Assembly (NCBI GenBank): GCA_039208735.1
Contig: JBCCQY010000122.1
Span: 1 to 27,696 of the forward strand
DNA length: 27,696 nucleotides
Reading direction: 5' to 3'
From: Myxococcota bacterium
Lineage (GTDB): Bacteria; Myxococcota_A; UBA796; GCA-2862545
Shown here: positions 25,188 through 27,696 of the stretch, in pieces
Layout: each line of letters opens with the position of its first letter
How positions within the stretch are numbered: the stretch's first letter is position 1
Notes under the pieces: model-generated
Seen by the model: the letters and a program-made list of their open reading frames with translations, nothing else
Databases searched by the model: none
What the model was told of the DNA's origin: nothing
Translations under genes and position numbers: made by a program

Positions 25188-27014
25188 TCACAGCGTGGGC
25201 GCAGACCCTGCTTCAGACGTGTACAGTTCTTCAAGCGCATGCCAATACCGCGCTTCGATCGCACTTCGTCGAAGCTTCTGGCTCGGCGTGACCAACCCCG
25301 CCGCCTCGGTCCAGGGTTCCACGATGACCGCAAACCGTCGCACTCGCTCGAAGGCCGACAACTCGCGATTGACCGCATCGACGTAGCCTTGAAGCAAGCT
25401 CCGAAGCTGGGGGTGCCGCACCAAATCCGAATAGGCCTCAAACGCAACTTCTTGCTCATGCGCCCAGGTCACGACCTCGGATTGGTTCAGTGTCAGAAGG
25501 GCGGTACACCAGGGCCGACGGTCACCATGGACCAACACCTGCGCCACATACGGACACGTCCCCCGCAGCCGCGACTCAAACCGGATGGGGGCCACGTTCT
25601 TGCCTCCGGACGTGACAATGATGTCGCGCTTTCGGCCGGTGATTTGCAGGTGCCCATCCACCAGGAGCCCAATGTCTCCTGTCTTCAGGAAGCCATCGTC
25701 GTCGAACAGCGCTTCCGTCGCCTCTGACGCATCGAGGTAGCCCTTCGTCACGCCACGGCTCTTGACGAGAATCTCGCCATCATCCGCGATGCGAAGGTCG
25801 CATCCGAGCACCGGGGGGCCCACCGTCCCGATGCGAACGTCATCGATGCGATTCACGCACGTCGCGCCCGAGGTCTCAGTGAGCCCGTAGCCCTCGAGCA
25901 CCGGCACCCCTAATGCCCGGAAGAAATGGCCCTCTTCCACTCCGAGAGGACCGCCCCCACTGATGAAGAAGCGGAGTCGCCCCCCGAGCCGTTCTCGCAA
26001 GGGCCCGAGCAGGAGCCGATCGGCCACCGAGTGCTGGGTCCGCAGGGCTAACGAGGGCGGTGCCTCGACCGCAAAGCGATCGCCAACCTCGAGCGCCCAG
26101 GCCACCGAGCGGCGGACCAACCCTCCCTGGTCTCTGGCGGCACCCAAGATCCGCTTGCGAAGGCGCTCGAGGATCTGGGGTGTGGTGGCCAGGTAGGTCG
26201 GACGCACCGTGGCCAGGAGTTCGGGCAGCATGCGCATCCGCCCATCGATCGCGGTGGGAATGCCGAGCCGTACGAACGAAAACTCGAGGACTCGCGCAAA
26301 CACATGGGCGAGGGGCAAGCACAACAACTGCACGTCAGCCGGCGTGACGAGCTGCAGCGCGTCGAGGGCTTCGGTTTCAAAGACCCATGCATCGTGCGTG
26401 AGCACGACACCCTTGGCCCGTCCCGTGGCCCCCGAGGTGTAGATGATGGTGGCCGTGTGGTGTTCGCGGAGCGCCTTGTGGGATTCCGCATAGGCCTCGG
26501 GGTGGGCCGCGCCGAAGTCTCGTCCGACTCGCACGAACGACTGAAGCGACGTGACCCACCCATCCGATTGCGCAGCTGCGGAATCGAAACAGATCACCCG
26601 CTCGACCGTCGGCAACGTGGCCTTGATGCGAAGCAAGCGCTGGACCTGTTCGACCGTGTCGACAAACACGATCCGGGCATTCGACTCGGACACGGCCAGC
26701 GCGAGATCCTGGTCCGTAATCGAGGGAAACAGGGTCGTTGTGGCCGCACCCGCACACATGATGGCGATGTCTGTGCAGACCCAGTCCGCCGACGTTCCCG
26801 CCAGCAGCACCACAGGTTCTTCCTGCTTAACGCCCAACGACAGCAGGCCGTTGGCAATGGCCCGAACTTGTGCTGCCGCCTCTGCCCAGCTCCAAGAGTG
26901 CCATACGCCGTCGCGAACGAAGCGCATGGCAATGGCGCCGGGGGTGCTTCCGACCCGATGGTGCCAAAGATCGGGCACCGACCGAAACGCACTCGCAAAC
27001 CCGACTTCACCCAT
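25188..27014 (-). CDS. Long-chain fatty acid--CoA ligase (AMP-dependent synthetase)
   Basis: IIYTSGATGRAKGV, LPLAHVF, EGYGLTET, KTGDIG, ITGRKRDII and TPSQKLRR. Confidence 0.92.
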   Translation of the reverse strand: MGEVGFASAFRSVPDLWHHRVGSTPGAIAMRFVRDGVWHSWSWAEAAAQVRAIANGLLSLGVKQEEPVVLLAGTSADWVCTDIAIMCAGAATTTLFPSITDQDLALAVSESNARIVFVDTVEQVQRLLRIKATLPTVERVICFDSAAAQSDGWVTSLQSFVRVGRDFGAAHPEAYAESHKALREHHTATIIYTSGATGRAKGVVLTHDAWVFETEALDALQLVTPADVQLLCLPLAHVFARVLEFSFVRLGIPTAIDGRMRMLPELLATVRPTYLATTPQILERLRKRILGAARDQGGLVRRSVAWALEVGDRFAVEAPPSLALRTQHSVADRLLLGPLRERLGGRLRFFISGGGPLGVEEGHFFRALGVPVLEGYGLTETSGATCVNRIDDVRIGTVGPPVLGCDLRIADDGEILVKSRGVTKGYLDASEATEALFDDDGFLKTGDIGLLVDGHLQITGRKRDIIVTSGGKNVAPIRFESRLRGTCPYVAQVLVHGDRRPWCTALLTLNQSEVVTWAHEQEVAFEAYSDLVRHPQLRSLLQGYVDAVNRELSAFERVRRFAVIVEPWTEAAGLVTPSQKLRRSAIEARYWHALEELYTSEAGSAPTL

Positions 27015-27696
27015 CAGGCCGCAACCACCACGTCAGCCTTGCGCAATTGCGCGACAACGGCGACGAGCAATGGGGATTGAAGGCTTGTGGCCTGTGCTTC
27101 GTCAACCTCAACCCGCAGCCGGACCGCCACACCTTTCGCGGTAATCCCTTCGATGGTGACAACAGGCGGCTGCTCCACCCCTTCGACAGATGCGGCCGCA
27201 TCGCGAAGCACGGCCGAGACCGACTCGAGGTCGGTGTCAAGCGCCAGCGTCAGCGGCACCTCGATCACCACTTGGCCAGGCTCACTCACCGTCTCCACCG
27301 GCCGCATCAACAGCCACAAGTAGGGCAGCAAGACCCGGGAACCGGTTCGCGTCTGGAGCCGTACGCCCAGCCATTCCAAACCGACCACCTCACCCTCGAA
27401 CGACCCAGAGCGCACCGTGGTGCCCATACGCACGGAATCGCGGGCGCGAAGGGCGAGCCCTCCCAATGCGGTGGCCAACACCGGCACCGCAGCCAGGGCT
27501 ACCGCGATCAACACGGCGGCAAACGTCGCCCCGACGCTGATCATGGGCAGGCCGAAGAGGTATTCGATGCCAAACACGATCCCTAAGGCCAACGCCAATG
27601 CAGGAATCGCGCTTTCGAGGGCTCGGCTCGTGCGTTCGGACAGCCCCTGACGGGTTGCGGCGACGCTCGCAATGACCGACAACCACCCGCCCACGA
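27014..27696 (-). CDS. MscS-family mechanosensitive channel (5'-truncated by the window edge)
   Basis: TM helices followed by GGLAL...VRMGTTVRSGSFEGEVVGLEW..VRLQT, plus the C-terminal domain EQPPVV...VRLRV. The stop overlaps the ligase ATG. Confidence 0.8.
   Translation of the reverse strand, partial: VGGWLSVIASVAATRQGLSERTSRALESAIPALALALGIVFGIEYLFGLPMISVGATFAAVLIAVALAAVPVLATALGGLALRARDSVRMGTTVRSGSFEGEVVGLEWLGVRLQTRTGSRVLLPYLWLLMRPVETVSEPGQVVIEVPLTLALDTDLESVSAVLRDAAASVEGVEQPPVVTIEGITAKGVAVRLRVEVDEAQATSLQSPLLVAVVAQLRKADVVVAA

Noticed and set aside
1..27696. CRISPR array, tRNA/rRNA, IS, integrase or prophage
   Set aside because: No regularly spaced repeats, RNA-gene signatures, transposase or phage genes seen. 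Intergenic gaps are all under about 175 bp. The ssb has no mobile-element neighbours.

Overview
GC-rich, densely coding bacterial window. It is most consistent with a Myxococcota (myxobacteria-like) genome; this is inferred from a MYXO-CTERM-like tail, a membrane Hanks-type kinase and a bacterial mevalonate cluster. About 28 genes are supported. Left part: envelope and secreted proteins (DUF1460/NlpC-P60 amidase-like protein, tandem-PKD lipoprotein, two unknown lipoproteins, putative outer-membrane protein), a phosphohexomutase, a Ser/Thr kinase divergent from an LMW phosphatase, and a tail-less SSB. Middle: panB-panC converging on an unusual leuB-like/thiolase/short leuA-like operon that has no dehydratase, followed by a MarR plus alkylsulfatase-like metallo-beta-lactamase module with two candidate operators. 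Right part: a classical mevalonate cluster (class II HMG-CoA reductase, mvk, mvaD, pmk, two unknown genes, fni; no HMG-CoA synthase in the window), preceded by mscS and an acyl-CoA synthetase. The most notable observations are (1) several exported proteins whose best-supported starts give ultrashort 9-12 aa signal peptides with no basic n-region, (2) the leuB-thiolase-leuA unit of unclear chemistry beside an HMGS-less mevalonate pathway, and (3) a candidate MarR operator embedded in a signal-peptide coding sequence. No rRNA, tRNA, CRISPR array or mobile element was seen. All product calls come from motif recognition by eye; no database search was run.
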